Positions 14,601 through 26,574 are shown, numbered from the stretch's first letter. The stretch: 64,000 bases of DNA from Lepidodermella squamata (GCA_047495785.1 JBLDXI010000024.1:5208001-5272000); one strand, 5' to 3'. Notes: a model not told the origin generated them from the sequence alone. Made by a program: numbers and translations.

Positions 14601-17194
14601 TTAAGAAAATTAATTCAAGCGGTCTGAAATCTAAATTTCATCAACGTTGGTATTGATAAGGTTGATCAGTTGAAAACTGAAGGATGGTTTTTCACCGTTC
14701 GCTCGATAGCCGATGGTGACATATTGTCCAACAAATACATACTGAACTCGCTGTTGCATGTTATCGCTGCATCCAGCGCAGTTTGGTTGGCATAGTTGGC
14801 CGCATTGACATCGGCACCGTGGTCCACCATCATTGCCACAACTTCGCGTCGATAATTTGCAGCTGCCGAAAATAGGGGCGTATCGCCAGTTCGGTTATTC
14901 CTGCCGTTGACCGAAATTCCTTTATCAATCAAATACTGCGTCATTTCCTTGTTCTGTAACGTGTAAAAAATCAGGCTTTGGTTGTCCGAATCGACGTCGT
15001 AAATCGAAGCACCCCGGTCGATCAGATACAGAAACGTTTCGAAGGAGCACAGGGAAGATACTGCCATGAGTGGGGTCCTGTTATTCCTTAATCTCAGCTT
15101 CAATGAAGCACCTGCATCGGCTAATCCTCTTATGTTTATATCATTTACGAGTTCCAAGTCTAGCGTGCGATCGAGCCATCGCGGCCACACAGCGTCGAGG
15201 TATTGGCGAAGATTCGCTTTGTCGAATAGTAAATTCAAGGCTTGCTTCCCATTGGGATTGATCACTGCTGCCTCCAAAGTTTGAATTTCAGCCCCGGCCA
15301 TCGATACGTTGTAGCGCAACAATAGATCCAATAGTTCGGGTGCGAACAGCCTGTGGGCAGCTGATCTGGGGTAAAGGTACGCTCCAATATCGGTCCCATT
15401 CTTCAGCATTTCTTCCAGCAATTGCGAAACATTTTCGCTGCGGAAAATCCGAGAAACCTTGGAATATGGGCTCCATTGATATTGGGACGTTCGACTAACG
15501 GCACCGGATAAAAAGGGTCTCATATTATTATTCAGAATGACTTCCGTGATGTTTGTAGTATTGGCCATTGCGAAAACTGGTTTCAAGTTCTCCGAGTAGG
15601 GCTTGAAGTACGCTTCGATTTCTTCCGGTCGATTGATTGCAAACCATTTCAGAGGGCCAAGATTCATGTAGAACACCGCTCGGCCTATCACATCGTTGTC
15701 TACAATAGCACCGCTGTTAACTAGTAACTCGACTACGGCAGTTGGAGCGCCGAAGTTCATGGCGTATTCCACGACGCTCAAGTTGTAGAACGGGCCTATC
15801 CTTTCGTTGACAGACAAGCCATGTCTAATGAGTAATCGGATCATGTCGAGTTGATTCGGTCCTTGGTTGAAGAGGACTGCATTGAACATGGCGCTCTCGC
15901 CAAAGAGCCCCGGCCTTGACATTCGCGCCGAGTTTGATGAGTAACTCTGCGACTTGAACGCATGCGGATGTCGCCGCTATGTGAAGCGGTGACTCGTTGA
16001 CGTCTGAGCGTGCGTCAATTTTTGCTCCATTTGTTAGCAAGTATTCGATCAGTCTCAGACGTGATGTTGGGGAATCGCCGGCTTTGCATTTTGCTGCTTG
16101 CAGGAGGCAGTAGCTGTCGTTGCGCTGGTTCGGGTTAGCCCAGTTAGCATCAAATTTTCCGTTCGATTGCAGCTGCGCGGCTATAGTCTTGAATTTCTCC
16201 ACATTGCCGCTGTAACAGGCGTCAAACATTCGAAGCCGTAATCGAAATATGTCAGCAGCATTTAAAGGCTTTAAACGAAAATCAGCATAGAAACATATAT
16301 TGTAAAATCCGATTTCATACCTTGGTAGCTGGCAGGTATCCGTTGCCAAAGACGGTTGACACTACAATCGAAGCTAGAAATATCGATATATTCCAGTTCA
16401 TCTTTATGACTGTCGATTTATTATGTTTTCTCCTGTCTTATATAGACCTTAATTTCTTGGAAAAAGTGGATCCTGATTGTGGGAAAATTTGTCCTGCTAA
16501 TCCGATAATCCCTCGCTGGGAAAATATATCTGAAAAGCTCTTTTTATATTTCGCGGTTTAATGGCGTAATTTGGAAAATTATAGGCTGCTTTCCTGGAAA
16601 GCCACGCCTCATTAAGGACGCAGAAACCTTCCCTAATTATGGTTTTCATATTTATAAGCCTCTCTCTATCGATTCCATTATTGATTTTCGAAAATAATCG
16701 ATTATCGATCGTTCCTTATGGGAGTTGCCTAGGATCTGCCCTAGGTCAGATTAATTGTTGAATTATCGATTATCGGCTATCGATTATCGATTATTTGTTT
16801 TTAAAAATCAATCATCAATAATTTTTCTAATTTTCGTCGTTTTTGTGCAGGCAAGATCTTAATTCAAACAAATGCGGCGACTGGCGAGCCCGAGCTGCAC
16901 TACCACCGACTGCCGCACGACATCGCGTCCGCGCACGTGCTGCTGCTGGACGCGACCGTGTCGACGGGCTCGGCCGCCATCATGGCGATCCGCGTGCTGC
17001 TCGACCACGACGTGCGCGAGGAGAACATCGTGCTCGTGTCGCTGCTGATGGCGCAGGTGGGCGCGCAGAACGTGGCCTACTGCTACCCGCGCGTCAAAAT
17101 GGTGACGACGGCGGTGGACGCGACCCTCGACGAACAGTTCCACATTGTGCCAGGCCTCGGCAACTTCGGCGACCGGTTTTTCGGCACCGATTAG
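5654..17194 (+). CDS. UCKL1: Uridine-cytidine kinase-like 1 (uridine kinase + UPRTase domains, 6 exons, ~673 aa)
   Basis: Exons 5654-5945, 6693-7127, 7579-7868, 8106-8504, 8945-9206, 16851-17194 total 2022 nt in frame. Motifs: [22 protein letters not shown]-loop, [55 protein letters not shown]. Confidence 0.95.
7270..7337 (+). repeat. Interspersed ATCGAT-rich repeat fragment (copy 1)
   Basis: gaaaatcactgatttgtgaaatcaataacaaatcgatat...tgcaggccgaa matches the reverse complement of 40228-40298. Confidence 0.55.
8586..8644. repeat. Miniature remnant of the GCGGAACCAAAT foldback/MULE-like family
   Basis: tcttttagcggaaccc...atttggttgcgcaaaaga forms a hairpin resembling both termini of the element at 49650-49998. 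Confidence 0.45.
9787..11586 (-). CDS. Signal-peptide-bearing ankyrin-repeat protein 1 (2 exons, ~581 aa), nested in UCKL1 intron 5
   Basis: Exon 11586-11515 encodes [25 protein letters not shown] 54-nt GT-AG intron follows, then exon 11460-9787 with many ankyrin repeats ([34 protein letters not shown]). Frame intact. Confidence 0.88.
12236..13992 (-). pseudogene. Signal-peptide-bearing ankyrin-repeat protein 2, frameshifted
   Basis: Exon 13992-13906 ([23 protein letters not shown]...), 63-nt intron, then ankyrin exon from 13842. Versus paralog 3, the segment after WPRWL is 44 nt instead of 48 (~12695-12740), splitting it into ORFs 12700-14001 and 12236-12754. Confidence 0.78.
14666..16401 (-). 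pseudogene. Signal-peptide-bearing ankyrin-repeat protein 3, frameshifted
   Basis: Exon 16401-16321 ([27 protein letters not shown]), 52-nt intron, then ankyrin exon from 16268. About 2 nt are missing at ~15905-15910 relative to paralog 2 (KAGARFGES), splitting it into ORFs 15825-16349 and 14666-15922. Confidence 0.78.
16668..16820. repeat. ATCGAT/TATCGAT-rich quasi-palindromic repeat (MITE-like)
   Basis: Multiple ttatcgat/atcgataa units arranged around a central cctagg-containing spacer. Confidence 0.4.
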
Positions 17195-18410
17195 CCGCAT
17201 ATAAACCCAAAATGATACTACTACGAGTGTTATGTCGATAATCAATAATAATAATACTACAATTCCAGTGAAAACAAATGTGTATACCACTTCTAGGCGG
17301 CGGTGTAGTTTGAAGTTGAATTCACGCGAAAGTTTGCTCCTTGAATAAAGTGGAATAAAAAAGCAATCAACATTAATTCTATAAAATTGTTTTAAATTTT
17401 CATAATGGGGGAAAACTGTATTTGAAAAAATGTTCAAATTTCGTTAAGACACTTTTTGGGTTATTGCTCACCTCTCAACTTCTGACTAATAGTGTCAAGT
17501 GAGACGTTGCTTCTTTTCCTCTTGTTGACTTTAGTTCGGTCGAAAAATCAGGTGTTTTTTTAACAAGTTTACCTTATGAACGTATTGATTGATTAAAACA
17601 TTCGGTGACTTACCATATAATTACCGTTCACTGATTGTATTAAACCAAGTGCCATTGAATTATTTCAGTTTTACTGTGTGCTCTATGGAAGAAACTACTA
17701 CCCAGGCGTTTCTCTTATATAATGAAGGTGCAAAAACTGCAAAAATGAGAAAAATATGCCGGTTTGTTAAACGAAAGTCATTCTTATTCAACTGTTATGT
17801 TTGTCTTTTTGCTTTTCCAATATATTACTGTCACTACACGGAACTTTCTTTATATGGCCAATTATAGCGACTAATTATATAAATGTCTCGATTTCAATTA
17901 AAAAACTTTGTTGACAGGCGATTCGTTGTTAAAAATTAGGCTGCTGATGATGAAATTTCGATTGATTTTTTCTCTCTGATAACAAAAATTTCCAGTTATG
18001 TTTTTGATGGCTCAATTTAACTCTGTTTTAAGGCACAACACACAATGTCTCTTTAATAGTGAGTTTCTGTGCGCGAAAATTATATGCCGAATACTACTAT
18101 CTCGCATTTGTTATTGTCGATGGACGAAATTAATCATCTCTTTTTACCTTGTTGGTTGGTGGGCGCGAAGAATCGTGTTGTTTGGCGGGGATGAATCACG
18201 TGATGGTGGTGAGGTGGGTGAATTTTTGGTTATAGATCGTGGTTGATGTAGAACACACTCCGAATAATATTTCTTGTTTTTCGTGGAATTATTATTATTG
18301 GTATATCAGCAATATACGAAAGAAATCGTTTAGAAAATGAATAAAACACAATTTGATGATGTTTTCTCGCTCATTATTAGGTATTTTATTTTGAATTTTC
18401 GAGTGAAAAA

Positions 18411-21400
18411 ATGGGGGATTACAAGGAGATGATTGCCCAAGTTGCTGTGCAGCGGTCGATCACTTTGCTGGGCCTGGTCGAGCAAATGGGGCCGCAGTTG
18501 ACTGATACCAATTTGTAATGAAAACTGGGCCTGAAATTGTTGAATTTTGACGGGTATTTTTTGCGGGTATTTTTTAGAGAGGCGAGGCGAGATGCGTTGG
18601 ACAAGCTGAGCGCTGTCGTAGCTCATTTGCCGGTTGATTTCTTGAATACCGAAGAATGCTCGAGTTTGATAGATTTCTATTCCGCTCGTTTCCTGGTGAG
18701 TTGCTTCCAATAGTATATCCAGTTTGTAACTGCTAAAATTGCACCAGTTTATTCTCTTGTCAGTAAAAGTTGTCTCTCTCGAAACCAGTTAATAGCGGTT
18801 TTTGTAACTGAAATCCCACTTGTTAGATGCGTAAAGCCGCCTTATTTTCTCGGCTTTTGTTTAGGATGCTGCTATTTGCACTAAATTTGGGCGATAGATT
18901 CGGCAAATGCGAATTAGCCATTAATTTTAACAAGTTGAGTTGAACGTGTTCTTCTTAAACTTAGATTTAACATTCTCTTGTAAAACTTGTAAATTCAGTC
19001 TATTTCTCGCCACAATGTTAATTTTACAATGAAATTCTAGGATCATCATTCACTAATTCCGTGCTGTTTATCGGCGCTCAAGTCGGTTTCGACGCAGAAA
19101 ACCTTATCGCCCAACGATGCGTTGCTCATCGCTGACTGTCTGGTCAACAATCAACATTTCCAGGTGAGAATTCCAGCTCGATTAAGTTTAAGAAGCTGAT
19201 AAGTGTTGGGGAAATTTCTCAATTTAACTAAACGCAACGCTTTAATTTTAGGTTCAGTCGCTGCGCCAACCCGAACGGCTGTGTGTCTTCCAAACCCTGA
19301 CTAATCTATTCGCATTTTTCGACATGGCTAAAATCAGCCGCGAAAGTGTCACCTCATCAGCCGACAGCCAGAACAAAGCACTGTCGAACAACCAACTCCT
19401 ATTCGGTTTCATCCAATCAGTCGACGGCGAGAAAGACCCAAGAAATCTGCTGCTAGTCTTCGAACTAGCCGCCCAGTTCGCCGCAACTTTCGACCTGGCC
19501 CAGCTGTGCGACGAGCTCTTCGACGTGATCGCGTGCTATTTCCCAATCGACTTCACGCCGCCGCCGAAAACTGACATAACGGCCGATGATTTGCGGGACA
19601 AGCTGCGGAAATTTTTCGCATCGAATGCCGCCTTCCACAACCAGGCGTTAACAATGATTGTCGAGAAACTGGCGTCTAGCCTGCCAGCTGCGAGGCTTGA
19701 AGCATGTGATGCTCTGAAAGAGTGTGCGAAAACGTACCCAGCCGCGTGTTTACGGCCGCATTTGCTCATGCTGTGGGACGCGCTGCAGTCGGAGATTTTC
19801 AACCCGTTGCAGCACTCGAATTCAGCCGGGTCGTGTGCGTTCGCGGCGTGTTTAGCGGTCCTGGTAGCGAGAATGGCGACGGACGACGTGGCGTACGGCG
19901 AGTTTGCGAAGATCGCCACTGCGCAGCTCGATCGGTTCATTAGCGAGCCGAATTTGCGGTTTGCTAAACAATCGGCTCGAACTATTGCCGCTGTTCTCAA
20001 AGGTTAGATATTTCGTTTTCTGATTGATGTAGTGCCGCTGGGCAGAACAAGCCCGGCTTCGGGTGACCAACCGCCAGTTTGAAAGGGGTGAAAATGTCGC
20101 CGGATGTGTAAAAATTAGACATTTCGAGTTTTGCTCAATGTTTATTCTCTTTTATGTAGGGCTCGTTTCTGAAAATGCAGCTGAACGAGTGGCCTTTTGG
20201 CTAAATCGCTACGTGACAAAATTAGTGCAGCTGTACAACGGCCCAGCCGCGTCGGACAAGCAGCGGCGACTGGTGGTGTTGCAGGCGATGGAGTTGCTGC
20301 TCGCAGCCGACAAGCAGCCGTCAGCTTCAGTTGTCGGCGCAATCGAGCCAGCTCTGGCGGACGAGCTTGCCGCTTTACTTCTCGCCAGTGCATCAAATGC
20401 CGTGTTGATCGAGGGCGGCGGCGGGGACGAAACGCTGGGAACTGCTCTGCGCGCCCTAGGCCACTTGTCCCACTGGGCAGATTTCCAAAAAGGTTTGTTC
20501 CAATTTTAATACTGCTTTCATACAAGATTCGGAGAGGATGTTGATCGCAGTCGTGTAGAAAATGATCAAATTCAGTTTTTACTTTTTTAGGCAAATTCCG
20601 TGCCTTGGACAAGTTGCTTGATCTTGGTTTATGCCATCAAGTCACTGCAAACGCGAACAACCGTCGCCATGCCGCAAACTGTTTGTTCGAACTCGCGAAA
20701 GCGACTCCCATCCACGATAACAGCCTCATCAACTCTTTACTGTCGAAAATCGACTCCACTTCGCCGCAGGGCGCTTTCGACCTTGTCGTAGCTCTATGCT
20801 GTTCAACAGATTCAACCATTCCAATTGAAGCTTTCGCGAAGTGGCAAGTCGATAACTATCTAGTCGACTCGTCATTCCCAGCCCTAGTCGCTATTTTAGA
20901 CCGGCGTGAAACCGCTCGGCCTCTAGTGTCTAAAATTCTGGGCGAAAAATTTGCCCATCGGCTTGAAACTCGCAACTTGGAATCTGAACACGGTCGCAGG
21001 CTGGCGGCTATGTTGTTGGAACCCTACAAAGTCATTTCGATTCCATCGATTCATCCTGGAGATGTTGTCAATGTCTTGGCTTTATCTCGCGAGGAAACTA
21101 ACGACCACGTTGAAAAATACGAAGAAGTCGCTAAACGGGTCTTCGAAGATCTTAACAACGCGGAAACATCGCATGATTTCATATCGAATTTCACTGCTTT
21201 TCTAGTCAAATTTGTTACGCCAAAAGAGCGCCTTGAAGCTGTGTTAGCTCCTAAAATTCAGGAGAAAATAGCAAACTGCAACCAGGCGCGTTGTTTAGTT
21301 ATCTCAGCTTGTTCATTGATTTGCGCTGGTTCTAATTCGTGGCAATCTGCGATTGATCGGCTCGTTGCTTTGATGTCTGAATCTTACCCCGAGGATTCGT

Positions 21401-22074
21401 TGATCCCTGCGACAATCACCTCAGTTTTCGGCCAGCTGTTCCATTTGCCTGAGAAGAGCCACGATGAAGATTTGCCAAACGAGCACCCTAAACTGTTGTT
21501 CTCCAAGAAGGTTTCGCCGTTGAGAAGACAGGCATTGGTTTCTAGAATGGCAGGTCGTTTAGCTGAAAATGTAAAATCAGGCCGAAATGTTGTGGCGAAT
21601 TTGAGTTTGTTGACCGAATTGGCCAAGTTGGTTCCAGGTCCGGCAAAATCGTTGCTGGAACCAGTTTTGGCTTCGGTTGTTGAACAGCTGAACCAGTTTC
21701 CAGCTGATCGACTGGGCCAGGTTCTAGCTCTGGTCGCCGAGCATTTGAGTGCGATTTTAGCGCTTGAAAATGCATATTCTTTAGTTGAAAAATTGATGGC
21801 TTGCATTTTGCCTATGTTGGCGTATGATGACGAATTCGACGTTATGGAAGATGATTCTGGCGCAGTTCGGACTACCAAGTGTCCGCTTCCGACCAGAATG
21901 GCGTGTGTCGGTGTGTTGGCGAAACTCGCGGCAATGCAATCAGGCGAACATTCCGGGTTGATATCGCCGCTTCAGAAACGCGTTGTCCGAGCGTTGAAGC
22001 CGTGTCTCAACGACCACAAGCGACTGGTGCGAACGGCTGCTGCGAATGCGATAAATCGATGGCTGTGTACCTGA
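18411..22074 (+). CDS. MMS19: MMS19 cytosolic Fe-S assembly component (6 exons, ~970 aa)
   Basis: Exons 18411-18514, 18578-18695, 19041-19163, 19252-20002, 20160-20492, 20591-22074 total 2913 nt in frame. Motifs: FYSARFLDHH, VQSL, FGFIQSVDGEKDPRNLL, ELFDVIACYFPIDFTPP, C-terminal LNDHKRLVRTAA. Confidence 0.93.
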
Positions 22075-22316
22075 CCCAACTGCCAGACATTGTGATTTTT
22101 AATAATAAATGTGAAATATTGAGCTTCCCTAGAATTATTGGAGATAATGTCGATAAATTCAAAATAAACTAAAAAGATTATTTTTTATTTGGTGTTTTTA
22201 CGTTAATTTAGTTGCAACTTTGGACTGGCTGGTGTACAAGGATTGAATGATTAATTTACCACAGAACAAATCGATTAAAATTCGAACTTCAAACAGCGTC
22301 AATGGGTCAAAAAGCA

Positions 22317-22479
22317 TACCGCATTTGTTCCTATAACAGCCCGGGGTACTAAAATTCAACCTCGAAAAATTCGAATATCAATTTTTGACATTTAGGACCG
22401 ACTTGACCCCTCAACCCTGGGCTACTACTAAGGATGGACGATTATTAGTGAATAGGCTATTATTAGAACAAATACGGTA
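22317..22479. mobile_element. MITE with TA flanks and ~25-bp TIRs (Tc1/mariner-pogo-like)
   Basis: Left taccgcatttgttcctataacagcc; right end reverse-complements to taccgtatttgttctaataatagcc. Confidence 0.7.
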
Positions 22480-22574
22480 GTAAGATTCTTATCAATTATC
22501 AATTTATATGTTTAGTTCCAGGCCAAAGCGTTACATTTTGATAGAGCTTGCTATCTTGAACTCGAGCAAGCTAT

Positions 22575-24299
22575 TCATAAATCCGTCGGAGCCTCACAAT
22601 CTCGGCGCTGTGATCCATCTGGACAATCGCAAAGCATAGCAGAACAACGTTTCGCATTCTTGCAGTCGCAGATGGCTATTTGATTAATGAGACCTAAAAA
22701 GTAGCTATATCATGTAAGTATGATAAGAAATTACGGCGATCGCAGTCCGCGCCGGTTTTCCACTTGTCAAAACATGTGCATGTGTTCGGAGCTGTGCAGT
22801 AGGCTAGTCTCGAACAGACGGTTGAGCCACATACCTCTGGATCACGAAAACGTTGAAGTTATTGGCGTTAAAAATATGCAAACTCACGCTGATCGCAGAA
22901 CTGTCCAGTCCAGCCGACTTTGCACTGGCACGTGTTCGTACCAACGCAGTAACCATTTGCGCAACCCAAGGGTTTACAAGATGGTTTGACTGCAATTTTA
23001 CTGTTTATCACCGAGATACCCGAGTGTTTCGAATATACTTACAGAGCTTATACACCCGCACATCGATAAGGCGAATGGGAAAGTAGGTGCCAGCATTTAT
23101 TCCATTGATGTAAAGCACAGGCGGCTGCATTCTCGTGTCGTTGATTGGCAAAGCTCTAGGCAGAGTTAGCCCGCTGAAAATCGCCGTGCAAGACACATTA
23201 TTGCACATGTCGATCCAGACTCTACTCCCGCCCCTCACGACTATCCCTATGTGATGACGGCCCTTGATTGCCATCGGGTTAAGCGGTACGCGCGGCTGCG
23301 CGTTGAAGTCACCCGTATTCACGGGAATACTGGATGGCGATGAGATAATTTGATAACCTTGTCGGTAGCTCAAGACTCTCAGCAAGAATCCGGCAAAGTT
23401 GGTACTATTAAAAGTGGTTGGCATTGAAGTTGCTACATCGTACGAGACTGAGGAGTTGGACAGAACGCCAATATAGTACTGATCGGTGTCGCTACCCACC
23501 GGCGCATCAATTTGCATCGTTACATTTATCGAAAAGTCATTCAGCAGGAATAGCTGCATAAATTTTTAACCCAGAAAAATATGCTTAATAAATGGTTGCA
23601 GTTTTTGACGAAATTTGGATACATTTTTGTTAATGAAGGTCGTGTAAGTTGTCGCTGAATTGTATGTTAAGAATATTTCGTTCTCAGGTCCAAGCACACT
23701 AATCGGCATGTTGCTTTTCCATATCCAGTTGGAATCTATTATAAATTCAAATACTCTATGCGAGGTTAAAAGTCGCATAATACTGTAATTGCCGTCGCCG
23801 ATGTATGAGAATTCGGGCAAGTACTCGGATGGAGCAACCATTGGTCCATTCACTTGATAATTTTTCCCCATATAAGCAGGCCATTGTGCGCGATATGTTT
23901 AACATTATTTACCTTGCGAGCAATCTGAGCCTGAGAAACGAGCGATACATTTGCAAACGTTTGTTGCATCGCAGACGCCGCCTCTTGGTTGACAACGTGG
24001 CGAACATGCTATTTGATAAAAAGGAAACGCAACAATTTTATCAGACAAAAAAACAGTGTACTTTTTAATGACTTTCGGTAAACGCTTATAGTTGATTTGA
24101 TTAATTCTTAAACAGTGCAGTGTCCGAACATTATTTTTGTGCTTTTGATGAAATTTTATGTCAGAATTCAGTAATGAAAATCCCTTTGCACGATGCGGGT
24201 TGGTCTATAATCTTGGGCAATAGTTGTCGGATATGTATTACCTTGAGAGGAGATCTGTATTAGCAGTAACACGATAAAGCCTGAAAGCCTGAGTTTCAT
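22575..24299 (-). CDS. Secreted EGF / LamG(ConA)-like / 3x Cys-rich EGF-like protein, paralog 1 (8 exons, ~383 aa)
   Basis: Exons 24299-24242, 24008-23913, 23852-23784, 23735-23623, 23553-23043, 22989-22888, 22836-22735, 22675-22575 join in frame. Signal peptide MKLRLSGFIVLLLIQISSQ; EGF modules (CKCIARFSGSDC, CQCKVGWTGQFC); beta-rich core with GRHHIGIVVR and LIDVRVY. Confidence 0.82.
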
Positions 24300-25200
24300 T
24301 CTTATTCTAGCAACAGTAGAATTTTCGACTAGAATAAAAGTACACGAATGCAGTACTTCCACCAAAATCGATCACAAGCTCTAATATTCGCAAGATAGAA
24401 TTAAGAATAAAGCAAGAATGGAAAAGAAAGCGCCAAAATATTACATCGTCGCTTAGCAAATTTAGTAGTCCCGACGAATCTCCAGCATTACGGCGTCAAT
24501 CAGACCCGTTTCTGCAAGTGGCGTCAGAAATGAACAGCTATCGGTTCGGAAAATCAATCAGCAAAGGCGGTTTACTATTATGTTCGCTTATAAGTTGACA
24601 CCTTCGCCGTTTTGTTTTACCGTATGACCGCGCTTCATCTGTCATGTCACCACATATGTCATTAAAAACTCAAATTTTCGAGAAATTTGTCGCGTGGTGA
24701 GAATCAATTCTGATTTATACTGCAAGTCTTGCAGAAGTTGCGTAAAGACCAGTCATTATCAAATAATTTGCTTCCATGCTATTTGCTGTTTGCTGTCATC
24801 ATTATTTAAGAACCTAATTTAGATCTGGAATCGCCGGATTCGGATCGTTGATCGATAGAAATTTTTGAAACTAAGTCACCTTATAATGGATGAAAAGTGG
24901 GGGCTATTTATTCGGGCAATTACACCCCTATTATTTATTTTTTTATTTCACCCCTTTTGGCGATGAGATGATTTGCTCACGACTTTCAACAAGAAGCCAG
25001 CAAAGTTGTTGCTTTAGAAAAGGAAGTTGCAGCCATGTATAAGACTGAAGAGTTAGACATAACGCCAATGAATCAAAAACTGCTCGTCCAATCCATTGTT
25101 TTGTACTACAGTTTTATTGAGTGCAAATGCCAACTGCCAACTGACTGACAGATTTTTAGCCAATTATACTTATATACATTTCTCACCTTTCTCTCACATT

Positions 25201-25788
25201 TTATTCTGAATCGTAATAAAAGACGAAATTTCGCTTTAACCGTTGCGATGCAGTTCCACTGCTATTGGCACGAATCCTGGTGCAATCTGCCGCCAAATTC
25301 GGCGAAACAGGCGTTGGTGGTGGCGTTATAGTGGGCATCATTAAAAGGAAAGAATTGCTTCTAATTCATAAACGCGGTCTTTGGAAGCTTAGATAAACCT
25401 CAAAAAACTACCTGGATCCTTTCGCCAACAGTCGCAATTCCTCGTCGAGAACTGATCGTGCAGAACCCAGGTAGCGCCCGTATAGCCAGCCTTGCGCTAT
25501 AATTAAGCAAACAAAAAGAATCGCGCCTCCGTAAAGAATAGCCCAAGAACAGTATATTTCTGTCAAGCTGTCTATATCGCTGGTTTCGGTGGGCTCGGTT
25601 GGTTTAGTGCGAATTACATAGGTGAAATCTGCACTATCATTCAAAGCTTTCAAGTTGCTGAGCCGGCTGACGCACTGGTAGGAAACTAGGCTGAACGCCG
25701 AAGCCACGAATCCTATCGCCGGAGCCCATACTTTTACCGTGGCGCTTGAATTCAATGAAAACAGTTGAGTGATGACAGCTTGCGCCAT
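25201..25788 (-). CDS. Hypothetical two-TM membrane protein (2 exons, ~178 aa)
   Basis: Exons 25788-25412 and 25360-25201 joined by a modal-size 51-nt GT-AG intron. Two hydrophobic segments. No family recognised. Confidence 0.45.
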
Positions 25789-26010
25789 GATGAAAAAGTT
25801 ATAGCAATGGGCAGATCATTAGCAGAGGTTGCCATTTGCAACTTCATTAACTATCAATGATCAATGTCGTTTATCACTAATACTTACACGACCAATAAAC
25901 GCATTTGCAGGCGCGCAGCGTGAATTGAAGTTCGATTTTCTTATGACTTTTCCACTGGGAATACGCAATTGGCAACTCAGTCATTTGCAAAGTGCAAAAA
26001 TGTTGATTGC

Positions 26011-26083
26011 CGCCCGATGTGGGGCTCGAACCCACGACCCTGGGATTAAGAGTCCCATGCTCTACCGACTGAGCTAACCGGGC
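26011..26083 (-). tRNA. tRNA-Lys(CTT)
   Basis: GCCCGGTTAGCTCAGTCGGTAGAGC...CT CTT AA...GGTTCGAGCCCC...CGGGCG; full cloverleaf with downstream T-run. Confidence 0.97.
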
Positions 26084-26173
26084 TTAGCCGACATAGCTGA
26101 TGACTAGGGCAGGTTCAAAGACCCAAATCAGGCATGCGACATGAGTCAGAGACAGAGAGTGTGCAAAAACATT

Positions 26174-26246
26174 CGAGGCTGCCAGGAGTCGAACCTGGAA
26201 TCTTCTGATCCGTAGTCAGACGCGTTGTCCATTGCGCCACAACCCC
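26174..26246 (-). tRNA. tRNA-Arg(ACG)
   Basis: GGGGTTGTGGCGCAATGG...TCTGA CT ACG GA TCAGA...GGTTCGACTCC. Confidence 0.96.
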
Positions 26247-26324
26247 ATGATGTTGATCATCACATAGCATCAAATCGTTGATGATACGTACAGCGTCGCA
26301 GCATGGGAAAAAGCATAAAATGCA

Positions 26325-26408
26325 TGTCAGAAGTGGGATTCGAACCCACGCCAGTAGAAACTGACTGCGACCTGAACGCAGCGCCTTGGACCGCTCGGCC
26401 ATCCTGAC
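26325..26408 (-). tRNA. tRNA-Leu(CAG)
   Basis: GTCAGGATGGCCGAGCGGTCCAAGGC...CTGCG TT CAG GT CGCAG, long variable arm, GGTTCGAATCC. Confidence 0.96.
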
Positions 26409-26574
26409 GGGATGGTGGAATAGATTGATATCCCGCAGACGACATTTCGCAAAGCCTAGAGCGTCGCCACAAAGTAGGTTAATTACCTGTTGCCTGTTGC
26501 CAATATCAAACTTGAACTAGCCAGCAATGTCGATCAGGGTGTATCGTTATTGAAACTGCTGAAGAAGCACTCAA

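Noticed and set aside
9787-16401. Bacterial contamination as the source of the ankyrin ORFs
   Set aside because: Each has a spliceosomal intron and lies within a host intron; ancient horizontal origin remains untested.
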